Positions 36,405 to 46,134 of a stretch of DNA of 64,000 bases are shown here, piece after piece (within the stretch, counting starts at the first letter, position 1; every line of letters starts with the position of its first letter). Source of the stretch: an uncultured Gammaproteobacteria bacterium (GTDB lineage Bacteria > Pseudomonadota > Gammaproteobacteria > Magnimaribacterales > TMED112); contig CAJWAI010000002.1 of assembly GCA_913020145.1 (NCBI GenBank), positions 11,667 to 75,666 of the forward strand, written 5' to 3'. A program made the translations under genes and the position numbers. The notes beneath the pieces were generated by a model. That model had not been told where the DNA came from. It saw only the letters and a program-made list of their open reading frames with translations, and made no database searches.

Positions 36405-38116
36405 TTTTTACTCGATATTCCTATAGACATGTAGTCATCCGATCGAGGATCACTCACACCTATTAATTTATCATTTTCAATCATTATAGATGATGTTATA
36501 CCGTTACTGTAATCATAGTTGGGTGGTCTTTGTTTTAAAGTAAAGCCAAGGGCAATTAATTCGTTCATTAACTTTTCATCAAAATCTTCATACATGAGTG
36601 TTTCTGGTTTCCATTGATGATGATATCTATAAAGATGTACAGAATCCTCAGGACTCAGACCAAATTCATAATAATTTAAAATTATTTGCAAAACGGCTGT
36701 AATTATTCTTGACCCTCCCTGAGCACCTGTAACTAAAATAGGCTTTTCATTTTTAAATACTATTGTCGGTGTCATGGAACTTAGAGGTCTTTTCATGGGT
36801 TCAATCTTATTTGCTTCATTGCCCAATAATTCAAAATAGTTGGGTTGATTGGGAGATGCAGAAAAATCATCCATCTCATTGTTCAATAATAATCCGGTAT
36901 TTTTTATTACAACTCCAGAACCATAAGCGGTATTTAGGGTCGTTGTAGTGCTAACAGCATTTCCATACTTATCTACAACAGAATAGTGTGTGGTATTTTC
37001 TTTAATCTTTAAATTTTGAGGATCAAAATGGCTTGAGTCACTTGTTTTGGAATCATTAACTTTAAGAAGCAGTTCTTTAGCAATATTTTTATCTAAAAAT
37101 GCTTCCATTGGCACAGGATAAAAATCTGGGTCAGCTAAATGAATAGATCTAAGTGAGTAAGCAATTTGCATAATCTCACTAATTTTTAAAATATTTCCAG
37201 CGGTATGTGGTTTGGTTCTATCTAATTCAATGTTTTCAATCATGTTGAACATTAACGCCAATAAAAGTCCACCAGAAGACGGAGGAGGCATAGTTACGAC
37301 TTTCAGATCTTTATACTGAAACTCAATTGGTTGTCTAAATTTAGCTTTATAGTTTTGCAGGTCTTTTAAAGTAATTAATCCATCATTATTCTTCATATCT
37401 GAATGAATTTTTTGAGCAACACTTCCTTTATAAAAACCAGCTGGGCCAAATTTAGCCACTAGTTTTAAGGTATTTGCTAAGTCCTTTTGAACTAGAAGCA
37501 TGCCTTCTTTTAATGGCTCACCATTACGAAAAAATATTTCCTGTCCATTAATTGTCTTGCTTAACTTTCTTCTATTAGTTTCTTTGTCTAACGAGTTTGC
37601 AAGAGTGGTTGTCACTTCAAATCCATTCTCAGCTAAGTCAATTGCTGGCTCTAATAATATCTTCCATGGAAGAGAACCAAACCTTTGATGAGCTATATAA
37701 AGACCATAAACAGTACCCGGTACACCTGAACTTAAATATGATTCTAATGCAAGCTTTCTATCTACTTCCCCATCAATGATAAACATATCTTCTGTAGCTG
37801 CTTTTGGGGCCATTTCTCTATAATCAAGAGCATAATTTAGCTTTGATTCTGAATCATGAATTATCATGAAACCACCGCCGCCAATAGGGCTTGCTTGTGG
37901 TAATACTACTGACAGCGCAAAAGAAATAGCAATTGAAGAATCAATTGCATTACCACCTTTTTTTAATATTTCATTTCCGACTCTCGAAGCTAAAAAATGC
38001 CTAGTAACGACCATAGATTCATTAGATTCAACAGTCTTACCTTCATCAACTATTTCAGCTCGGGCTAATGTGAGAGGTAACAATAAAACTAATAAAAAAA
38101 TTATTCTATTTACCAT
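36401..38116 (-). CDS. ggt: Gamma-glutamyltransferase
   Basis: Signal peptide. Autoprocessing/catalytic site ENTTHYSVVDKYGNAVS. GGSRII and MDDF motifs. Confidence 0.9.
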   Translation of the reverse strand: MVNRIIFLLVLLLPLTLARAEIVDEGKTVESNESMVVTRHFLASRVGNEILKKGGNAIDSSIAISFALSVVLPQASPIGGGGFMIIHDSESKLNYALDYREMAPKAATEDMFIIDGEVDRKLALESYLSSGVPGTVYGLYIAHQRFGSLPWKILLEPAIDLAENGFEVTTTLANSLDKETNRRKLSKTINGQEIFFRNGEPLKEGMLLVQKDLANTLKLVAKFGPAGFYKGSVAQKIHSDMKNNDGLITLKDLQNYKAKFRQPIEFQYKDLKVVTMPPPSSGGLLLALMFNMIENIELDRTKPHTAGNILKISEIMQIAYSLRSIHLADPDFYPVPMEAFLDKNIAKELLLKVNDSKTSDSSHFDPQNLKIKENTTHYSVVDKYGNAVSTTTTLNTAYGSGVVIKNTGLLLNNEMDDFSASPNQPNYFELLGNEANKIEPMKRPLSSMTPTIVFKNEKPILVTGAQGGSRIITAVLQIILNYYEFGLSPEDSVHLYRYHHQWKPETLMYEDFDEKLMNELIALGFTLKQRPPNYDYSNGITSSIMIENDKLIGVSDPRSDDYMSIGISSKK

Positions 38117-39114
38117 AAAAAACCTTTCTTTTTCATAGTCTTTTGAGTCCAGTCTTTTTCTAATAGTTCCTCAAATCTATATGCATTGTTAGGATTTGCT
38201 ATCCTTTTATTCTTTATATCAATACCACTAAAATCTCTGTAATCATTTAAATTTCTTTCAGAACCAAGACCGTAGGATCCTTTAAGTTTCCCCTTAATAA
38301 TTTCTTCAATACGTATTTTACTTTTTCGTTGTAGCTCTAGCCATTTAATAGTTCTATTTTTATCTTCTTCTTCGTTCCAATGCATAGGCCTAGTAAATTG
38401 ATCTGAGTCATTAACATAACAATGAAATATCGGAATTTTAGGAATATGGAAGATATCAAATCCTCTAGTAAATAATCGGATAGCTAAACTCGTTTCTTCT
38501 CCTTCAAAATATAAATGTGGATCATAGGGAACATTTTCTACAAACTCTTTAGTTGAAAATAAGAAACCTGCGGATAATAAAAATCCTTTGTATATTTGTT
38601 TTGATTCAGTTGGCATGCCTTTCTGCATAGAAAAATACCCATCTTTAAAAACTTTATCTTCATCAAGCACCATGACATGTGTAGAGGAGTCATTCTCTTG
38701 ATTTTTTTTAAAGACTTTTTTGTCAAAATCAATGACTTCAAAACCTCTAGGATAGGCAGAAATTACAGGTTTATCGTGATTTTTTTTTATAGTATTAATG
38801 TAATTTAGTAAATATTCATCCCAGTCTTTTTCAAATAATGTATGTGAATCAATCTGCAAAAAATAATCTTCATCTTTCATTAATGTCTGAGCCAGAGATC
38901 TAGCCCAACACGGACCTCGAGCTGCTTCAGGATCAAGGTGAGTATAAGTAATTTGTTTTGACAATTTAGATTTAGAAAAGTCTAATTTAAAGTCACACTG
39001 ATCAACTATTCCAAATGTAAGATTATCTTTATATTTAGCTGCAGAGTAGGCACTATGAATTGTCACAGGTAACAACTTGTCTTGATACGATGCAATTGAT
39101 ATAAAAATTTTCAT
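38110..39114 (-). CDS. Glycosyltransferase, GlcNAc-transferase-like family
   Basis: The N-terminus KIFISIASYQD...GIVDQ resembles the Glycosyltransferase (GlcNAc) family as recalled. QIDSH segment. 7-nt overlap with ggt. Confidence 0.55.
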   Translation of the reverse strand: MKIFISIASYQDKLLPVTIHSAYSAAKYKDNLTFGIVDQCDFKLDFSKSKLSKQITYTHLDPEAARGPCWARSLAQTLMKDEDYFLQIDSHTLFEKDWDEYLLNYINTIKKNHDKPVISAYPRGFEVIDFDKKVFKKNQENDSSTHVMVLDEDKVFKDGYFSMQKGMPTESKQIYKGFLLSAGFLFSTKEFVENVPYDPHLYFEGEETSLAIRLFTRGFDIFHIPKIPIFHCYVNDSDQFTRPMHWNEEEDKNRTIKWLELQRKSKIRIEEIIKGKLKGSYGLGSERNLNDYRDFSGIDIKNKRIANPNNAYRFEELLEKDWTQKTMKKKGFLW

Positions 39115-39671
39115 TAGTGTTTAGTTATAATTTCGCTGTTTTGAATTTTATCAATATCATAGCCAACTTGACCTGATATCTCTTTTATTAGGTCTTTAGG
39201 ATCTCTTTCAAATACAACTAGAGGATCTATATCTAATATTAACCAACTATTTTTTGATACTTCATAATCTAGTTGACCTGCATCCCAACCACAGTAACCC
39301 AAGGCTAATCTATATTGATCATTAAATTTACCCTGGCCGATAGACTTTAGTACATCGATACTTGAAGTTAGATTTAAGCCTTTTTCAACACAAAGGGATT
39401 CTTTTTCGTCCGCCTGATTATGGATTACAAATAATTTATTAATATCAACAGGACCACCATTTAAAATATGTTTCTGGTCTTTGGAGGTTTTTATATCTAA
39501 TGATTTAAATATTTTTTCTTCGCTTATTGGAATAATTTTATTCATAACCACGCCTAATGCTCCATTCTTATTATGTTCAAATATATATACCAAACCGTTA
39601 TAGAAATAATCATTTTGATTTTTCTCTTGGAAAAAGAGGAATTTGTTCACAAAGAAATTTTCTTCTGACAT
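39114..39671 (-). CDS. YqgE/AlgH family protein (UPF0301)
   Basis: NGALGVVMNK, GGPV and LGYCGWDAGQLDYEV..NSW motifs. Confidence 0.8.
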   Translation of the reverse strand: MSEENFFVNKFLFFQEKNQNDYFYNGLVYIFEHNKNGALGVVMNKIIPISEEKIFKSLDIKTSKDQKHILNGGPVDINKLFVIHNQADEKESLCVEKGLNLTSSIDVLKSIGQGKFNDQYRLALGYCGWDAGQLDYEVSKNSWLILDIDPLVVFERDPKDLIKEISGQVGYDIDKIQNSEIITKH

Positions 39672-39705
39672 AATCTTAGTTTAAGGTTTTCCATAAATTT
39701 TTAAT

Positions 39706-41379
39706 ATGCCCGAGACAAAGATAACAACAGAAACGAATCTAAAGGCCGCTTTTGCTGAACTAAGAAAAACAAACCCATTATTCGAACTAGAAAATCGTAA
39801 ATTAGTTAATGGCATTGAATACAATGTTTTTAAAAGTGCTCCCAAAACGCTTAGAGATCTTTTTGATGTAATACATCTTTTACATGGAGATTTTCCAGTC
39901 CTTCTTGATGAAGGTAAACAGCTTAGTTATCTGGAAACAATGGCTAAGGCTAAAAATCTTGCTAATTACCTTACAGATAGAGGCATTAAACCTGGTGATA
40001 GAGTTGGTATATGCATGCAAAATTGTGCTGAGTGGATTATTGCTCATTTAGCTATTTCTGGTCATGGAGCTACTTCCGTTCCCTTGAATTCATGGTGGCG
40101 AGAAGAAGAACTTAAATATGGAGTGGAACATAGTGAGGTAAAAATTATCTTCCTTGATACAAAAAGATATGAATTCATTAAAGACTTACCTGTTGAAAAA
40201 ATTATTATTGGTGATGATCAAATAGATGGATGCACGAATTTCTCATCTACAGTTGAGGGAAGCTGTGATTCATGGCCAGAGCTTAATGCTAATGATGAAG
40301 ATGTAAATGTAATACTTTACACATCTGGAAGCACAGGCATGCCTAAAGGAGTAATGCTTTCTCATTTATCTGTTATTAATGCACTTTTTGGATTTTATAC
40401 CTTTGGGGAACTAAGAGGATTGATCCATCAGGAAGAGCTATTAGACGTTGAGAATGCATCAATTCTCTTAAATGTTCCTTTGTTTCATGTAACTGGTTTG
40501 ATTACTCAGTTTTTATTATCAATGTTGGCAAAAAGAAACATAATACTTATGCGTAAGTGGGATGCAACTGAAGCTCTCGAGTTAATTACAAAACATAAAG
40601 TAACTAATTTAAGTGGTGTCCCAGCTCAATCCTGGGACTTGCTAAACCATCCAGAAGTGGATAATTATGATTTAAGTTCTTTAACTGATATTGCAGCTGG
40701 AGGTGCTGCAAGACCAGAAGAACAGGTTATAAATCTAGATAAGAAATTTAGCATTCCTCAGAGTTTTGCATGGGGTATGACTGAAACAACGGCAATAGGA
40801 ACTCTATTAAGAGGTAATGATTACTTAGAGAGACCAAACAGTGCTGGTTTATGTGTGCCTGATTTAACAGAGATAGGAATAATTGATGAAAAGTGGAATT
40901 TTTTAGATGCAGGTCAAATCGGAGAGATGGTATTTAAATCTCCAACAAATACTATTGGGTATTTAAAAAACCCTGAAGAAACTAATAATACAATTAAAGA
41001 TGGCTGGCTTAGGACAGGTGATCTTGGATACCTCGATACTGATGGTTATATCTTCATAGTAGATAGAAAAAAAGCATTAATTATTAGAGGCGGAGAAAAT
41101 ATTTCATGCCTTGAAGTTGAAAATGCACTGGACAAATATAATGGAATTATTGAATCCTGTGTGTGTGGGATATATGATGAAAAATTCGGAGAAGTAGTGG
41201 GCTCATATATATATGCTGAAGAAGAACTTGATATAGAATTAATAAAAGAATTCCTCTCGAAATATTTAGCCAATTATAAAGTCCCTGAGATATTTATATT
41301 TACAGATAAACCTTTACCAAGAATCGCTTCAGAAAAACTTGATAGGGTTGGAATTAAGGAATTACTTGCTAAGAAATAA
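39706..41379 (+). CDS. Acyl-CoA synthetase / AMP-dependent ligase (long-chain fatty acid-CoA ligase-like)
   Basis: ILYTSGSTGMPKGV AMP-binding motif, GWGMTE, WLRTGDLGYLDTDGYIFIVDRKK. Confidence 0.85.
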   Translation: MPETKITTETNLKAAFAELRKTNPLFELENRKLVNGIEYNVFKSAPKTLRDLFDVIHLLHGDFPVLLDEGKQLSYLETMAKAKNLANYLTDRGIKPGDRVGICMQNCAEWIIAHLAISGHGATSVPLNSWWREEELKYGVEHSEVKIIFLDTKRYEFIKDLPVEKIIIGDDQIDGCTNFSSTVEGSCDSWPELNANDEDVNVILYTSGSTGMPKGVMLSHLSVINALFGFYTFGELRGLIHQEELLDVENASILLNVPLFHVTGLITQFLLSMLAKRNIILMRKWDATEALELITKHKVTNLSGVPAQSWDLLNHPEVDNYDLSSLTDIAAGGAARPEEQVINLDKKFSIPQSFAWGMTETTAIGTLLRGNDYLERPNSAGLCVPDLTEIGIIDEKWNFLDAGQIGEMVFKSPTNTIGYLKNPEETNNTIKDGWLRTGDLGYLDTDGYIFIVDRKKALIIRGGENISCLEVENALDKYNGIIESCVCGIYDEKFGEVVGSYIYAEEELDIELIKEFLSKYLANYKVPEIFIFTDKPLPRIASEKLDRVGIKELLAKK

Positions 41380-41380
41380 T

Positions 41381-42079
41381 ATGACTAATAGCGTAAAAAA
41401 ATCTATCTATATTGTTGAAGATGAACCAGATATAAGAGAAACACTTTCATACAATCTAATCCAAGAAGGTTTCATAGTTTCTGAATTTCCTGACGCAGAA
41501 TCATGCCTTAATAAATTAAATCACACAAAACCTGATTTAGTTATTCTTGACCTTATGTTGCCAGGTATGTCAGGCCTTGATTTATGCAAAATAATTAAGA
41601 GTGATAAAGGGCTAAAACATTTGGCTATCATTATGCTCACAGCTAAAGGAGAAGAAGTCGATAGAATTTTAGGGTTCGAGCTTGGTGCAGATGATTACGT
41701 TACAAAACCCTTTAGTGTTAGAGAACTAATATTAAGAGTTAAAGTAATATTAAAAAAACATGGCGAACCAATTGAAGAAAACGAATTAATAGAGTTTGGA
41801 TCAATTAAATTAAATCTCGACGCTCATGAGGTTTTAATTAATGATGATGAGGTTATTCTTACCGCATTAGAATTCAAACTTCTCAAACATCTAATTCAAA
41901 GAAGGGGTAGAGTTCAAACTAGGGACCAGCTTCTTGGTGATGTATGGGGTTATAGCTCAGAAGTTACTACAAGGACTGTTGATACCCATATAAAGCGACT
42001 CAGAGAGAAACTTGGCCAAGTTGGTAACTATATTCAAACTATAAGAGGTGTTGGGTATAGGCTAAATAACCAAAGTTAA
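41381..42079 (+). CDS. phoB: OmpR-family response regulator, PhoB-like
   Basis: Receiver domain (VEDEPDI, DLVILDLMLPG, MLTAKGEEVDRILGFELGADDYVTKPFSVREL) and a winged-helix C-terminus (TVDTHIKRLREKL, IQTIRGVGYRL). ATG lies 1 nt after the upstream stop. The ORF-track start at 41339 would overlap the ligase gene. Confidence 0.75.
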   Translation: MTNSVKKSIYIVEDEPDIRETLSYNLIQEGFIVSEFPDAESCLNKLNHTKPDLVILDLMLPGMSGLDLCKIIKSDKGLKHLAIIMLTAKGEEVDRILGFELGADDYVTKPFSVRELILRVKVILKKHGEPIEENELIEFGSIKLNLDAHEVLINDDEVILTALEFKLLKHLIQRRGRVQTRDQLLGDVWGYSSEVTTRTVDTHIKRLREKLGQVGNYIQTIRGVGYRLNNQS

Positions 42080-43857
42080 TGCGTTCATTTATTTCCCGAA
42101 TAAGAGTTTCTAGAATTTTTTTATTGTCAGTAACATTTCTGACATTTGTTATCTTCTTCATATCAACAATCTTTTCAACTTTTATTTATAACAATACAAA
42201 ACAACAATTAATTGAGTCGTTATATATTCAAGCTAAGGCAATAGATAAATTAATCCCTGCATTAGATGATCTACCGCTGAATAATTTTGACTCTATTGCT
42301 AATAAACTAGATATTGAAGGGACTAATCAAGAAAAACTGCGGGTTACAATTATTGATGAAAATTGGGTTGTAATAGGTGACTCATTTCTTTCCAGTGAAG
42401 ATCTAAGTGATATTGAAATTCACTCGCCAGATACACGTTTAGAGATTAAAAATGCTTTACTCGATAAATATGGTACAACAACACGAATAAGTGAAACTAC
42501 AGGTGATGAACTTATCTATGTCGCAATCTTAAGAGATCCAAACGATAGATCAAAAGGGTTAATTAGAGTAGCCTTACCTTTTAATTATTACACCTCAATT
42601 TTTAATTTTTTTATCTACCCCTTCGTTATTCTATTAATTCTAGTGATAGCATCTTCAAGCTTCCTATCATTTAACGTCCAGAATGATCTAAGAAAAAATC
42701 TGGATTCTTTATTGAGAAACACTCAAAAGGCTCTTAAAGGAAAAAGAATCAAAGAAAGTCTGGGAAAAAAAGATACGCAAATTGGTTCAATAGAAGATGC
42801 TGTAAACGATATTTCAATAAGATTAAACAATGAGATCCAACAGACCGTCGAACAGCGAAAAGAATTTGGTAATGTTTTAGATAATGTCAATCAGGGTGTA
42901 ATTATCTTTAATAAAAACTTTAAAGTACGCTTTTCTAACGATATCGCTTTAGAAATGTTTGGAAAACATGAATTCTTTTTAAATGAAAAAATAAAATCAA
43001 AAAAACTACTAAAAATTAACAAATTACTAAAATCAACCAAAGATAATTTGTCTGCTGAGAGCGAATTATCAATAAAGCTGTCTGGTGAAGATAGAAATTT
43101 TCTTCTCTCAGCTACTAAAATGGAAACAACCAACGAATACATATTAGTAATAAATGACATTTCATCTCTTAGAAAATTAGAAGAGCTCCGAAAACAATTT
43201 GTTACAGATATATCTCATGAGATAAAAACACCTATTTCTGTAATTAGAGCCAATTCTGAGACTTTATCTAGTACTGGAGCAATAAAAGATCCTAAATTAG
43301 CAGAAAAGTTTTTAAATTCTATCCTTAATAATTCAGAGCGCTTGAGTGAAATGTTGGACGACTTATTAGAATTAGAAAAAATTGAATTTGGAGGACTGGT
43401 ATTAAATAGAAAAAAATTTAATGTTAGTGATCAGATAGACCTAATTTTAGAATCACAGCAAGCTTTAGCAGACGAGAATGAAATTACTATCACAAATTAC
43501 ATCGATAAAAATATCTCACTAAAAGTAGATAAAGATTCTTTTACTACAATTTTTTCAAATTTAATTAATAACTCTATTAAATATTCACGAGCAAAAGGAA
43601 ATATTGATCTAAAAGCAATAGAAAATAAAAGTGCATTAATAATATCAATTGCAGATGAAGGCTTAGGCATAGAAAAACAGTATCTAAACAAGGTATTTAA
43701 TCGGTTCTATCGAACACCAAAAGCACGCGCTAATACTAAGGGTACGGGGCTAGGGCTATCACTTGTAAAACAACTAGCTTCAAGAATGAACGCTGAAGCT
43801 GAAATTGAGTCAAAGATAGGGAAAGGTACAACAGTTTTTGTCACCTTTCCTACTTAA
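42079..43857 (+). CDS. Sensor histidine kinase, PhoR-like, with a large extracytoplasmic domain
   Basis: TM1 (aa ~12-36), ~135-aa loop, TM2 (aa ~172-197), linker/PAS-like region, H-box DISHEIKTPISVI, N/G boxes (NLINNSIKYS, DEGLGI, GTGLGLSLV). TAATG junction with phoB. Confidence 0.7.
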   Translation: MRSFISRIRVSRIFLLSVTFLTFVIFFISTIFSTFIYNNTKQQLIESLYIQAKAIDKLIPALDDLPLNNFDSIANKLDIEGTNQEKLRVTIIDENWVVIGDSFLSSEDLSDIEIHSPDTRLEIKNALLDKYGTTTRISETTGDELIYVAILRDPNDRSKGLIRVALPFNYYTSIFNFFIYPFVILLILVIASSSFLSFNVQNDLRKNLDSLLRNTQKALKGKRIKESLGKKDTQIGSIEDAVNDISIRLNNEIQQTVEQRKEFGNVLDNVNQGVIIFNKNFKVRFSNDIALEMFGKHEFFLNEKIKSKKLLKINKLLKSTKDNLSAESELSIKLSGEDRNFLLSATKMETTNEYILVINDISSLRKLEELRKQFVTDISHEIKTPISVIRANSETLSSTGAIKDPKLAEKFLNSILNNSERLSEMLDDLLELEKIEFGGLVLNRKKFNVSDQIDLILESQQALADENEITITNYIDKNISLKVDKDSFTTIFSNLINNSIKYSRAKGNIDLKAIENKSALIISIADEGLGIEKQYLNKVFNRFYRTPKARANTKGTGLGLSLVKQLASRMNAEAEIESKIGKGTTVFVTFPT

Positions 43858-43872
43858 TAGTAAAATTAATAC

Positions 43873-44304
43873 ATGAATAGAAGCGACATTATTAGATTAA
43901 CAATATTTTCATTTTTTCTTATTTTGATTCTATTTTTTTATTACAACATTGGTTTTCTAACATTTAGTAATGCAAATATTGATGAGGAGCTGCCAACTCC
44001 TGTTAAAGAAGAAAAAATTACTACATCCCAGAACATCGGTTCAATTGATAGTGCAACTCAATTAACCTTAGGGTTTGAAATAGTAGGAATCAGAGGTAAC
44101 AACCCAGATAGTACAATCATAATCTTAGATAAGGATCAATATAGGTTAATAGAGCAGGGGTCAAATGTAACTCAACAAATTACCTTTTCCCATACAGACG
44201 GATCTAGAGCATATTTTTTTGATGGCAATAACTATACTTTTCTTGATATCATAGGTTCAGAGAAATCTTTTGATCAAAATAGAATAGATCTAATACAGGA
44301 ATAA
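43873..44304 (+). CDS. Candidate minimal GspC (T2SS inner-membrane/secretin-coupling protein), no PDZ domain
   Basis: Position immediately 5' of gspD. N-terminal TM (LTIFSFFLILILFFYY) plus a ~110-aa periplasmic domain. Assigned by position and topology only. Confidence 0.4.
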   Translation: MNRSDIIRLTIFSFFLILILFFYYNIGFLTFSNANIDEELPTPVKEEKITTSQNIGSIDSATQLTLGFEIVGIRGNNPDSTIIILDKDQYRLIEQGSNVTQQITFSHTDGSRAYFFDGNNYTFLDIIGSEKSFDQNRIDLIQE

Positions 44305-44305
44305 T

Positions 44306-46132
44306 ATGTTTTTAAAGAGATTAATAATTGCGGTATCTTTGTCTCTAACGCTAACAGCGCAAGACCAGAATATTTTTTATAAAGATGCCGATATTAAAAC
44401 TTTTGCTCAAGATATAGCATTGTTAACAGATAAAACTATTATTCTTGATCCTAGAGTAAAAGGTTTAATAACAATTTATTCAGATGCCCCCTTAAATTCA
44501 GATTCTATTTGGGAGGTCTTCCTTTCCACAATGGAAGTTCAAGGTTATAACGTTTTAAAAGATGGAGACATCTATAGAGTTATACCATCACAAGAAGGTG
44601 TGAAGAACTTCTCTGAAGATGGTGATTTTCAAGGCTCAATTGGATCAGAAGTAATCAAATTAAGATTTTCTAGTGCAAAAGATATAGTAAATGCTGTTAA
44701 ACCAATAGTTGGCGTTAGATCTTATATTGTAGCTTTAAACAATGATAGAGAAGTACTTATCTCCGATGATGCAGACAATATAAAACGAATTAAAGACATA
44801 ATAAGAAATTTAGACTCTGAGCTTGATACAAGTATTTCTGAATTTAAATTAAAAAATTTATCAGCAATTGAAGCACTAAGACTTATTAATTCATTGAAGA
44901 CAGACCCTAATACACGATTTGATAAATTAGCTGTAGCAACTTTTCAAGGCTCAAATAAATTAATATTTAGCGGTCCATTAGAAATAGTAATCCGAGCCAA
45001 AAGAGTTTTATCACAGTTAGATCTAGATAATAATTTAAATGAAAATACAAAAGTAATTTATCTTAACTATTCTAAAGCAGAAGATATATTACAAATTCTT
45101 ACAGATGTTTCTGCCTCTTTTAATCAAGAAGAGAACGTTGATTATAAGACTGTTATTACATCTCATGAGGAAACAAATTCAATAATCATTAGATCAAATC
45201 CTCAGTCCATTAAAACTCTAACTTCAATAGTCGAGCAATTAGATATAAGAAGACCTCAAGTTTATGTTGAAGCAATTATAGTTGAGATTTCTGATGAATC
45301 TGCTAGAGCCTTAGGTGTAGATACAATATATTCCGGAGATTCTACAGGAAATACACCAATTGCATTAACAAGATTTCCTACAACAACAAATCCAGATTTA
45401 TTGTCGATTGTAGGATCTGCTGATGATAATACTGATATTGGCTCTTCAACTGGTGCTGCTTCATCTATTCTTAGCACAAGAGGTTTTGTTGCGGGGTTAG
45501 GAAACTTTACCGATGGAGAGGATAATTTTGCTGTACTGCTGTCTCTGCTAAGAGAAGATCAAAACTCCAATATTCTTTCTACACCATCAGCAGTAGTAAT
45601 GGATAATGAGGAGGCATCATTACTTGTCGGCCAAGAAATTCCTATTACTACTGGAGAATCTTTGGGTGCTAATAATATTACACCGTTCAGAACTACAGCT
45701 AGAGAAGAAATAGGAGTGAAATTAGAGATAAAGCCGCAAATCAATGATTCTGGGTCTGTAGCATTATTTATAAGGCAAGAAGTTTCAAGCATTGCTGGTG
45801 CTCAGCTGCCAAACTCAAATGACTTAATTACAAATAAAAGAGAAATAGAAACAACAGTTTTAGCTGACAATGGACAAATATTAGTTCTTGGCGGATTGAT
45901 AAGTGAGGATGTTCAAGAATCAGTCAATAAAGTTCCTCTTTTAGGAGATATTCCTCTTCTAGGTAGACTTTTTAGATCATCTGCTAAGTCAATTCAAAGA
46001 AGAAATTTAATGATCTTTCTCAAACCAACTATTCTTAGAGATTCATTAACTACAAAAGATCTATCAGAAGAAAAATATAATTTAATCAAAGCACAGCAAA
46101 TTTTAAAAGAAGAAGATCAAGATACTGAATAA
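44306..46132 (+). CDS. gspD: Type II secretion system secretin
   Basis: Signal peptide, N-domain repeats, and secretin core with VLVLGGLISE...VPLLGDIPLLGRLFRS. Confidence 0.9.
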   Translation: MFLKRLIIAVSLSLTLTAQDQNIFYKDADIKTFAQDIALLTDKTIILDPRVKGLITIYSDAPLNSDSIWEVFLSTMEVQGYNVLKDGDIYRVIPSQEGVKNFSEDGDFQGSIGSEVIKLRFSSAKDIVNAVKPIVGVRSYIVALNNDREVLISDDADNIKRIKDIIRNLDSELDTSISEFKLKNLSAIEALRLINSLKTDPNTRFDKLAVATFQGSNKLIFSGPLEIVIRAKRVLSQLDLDNNLNENTKVIYLNYSKAEDILQILTDVSASFNQEENVDYKTVITSHEETNSIIIRSNPQSIKTLTSIVEQLDIRRPQVYVEAIIVEISDESARALGVDTIYSGDSTGNTPIALTRFPTTTNPDLLSIVGSADDNTDIGSSTGAASSILSTRGFVAGLGNFTDGEDNFAVLLSLLREDQNSNILSTPSAVVMDNEEASLLVGQEIPITTGESLGANNITPFRTTAREEIGVKLEIKPQINDSGSVALFIRQEVSSIAGAQLPNSNDLITNKREIETTVLADNGQILVLGGLISEDVQESVNKVPLLGDIPLLGRLFRSSAKSIQRRNLMIFLKPTILRDSLTTKDLSEEKYNLIKAQQILKEEDQDTE

Positions 46133-46134
46133 AA

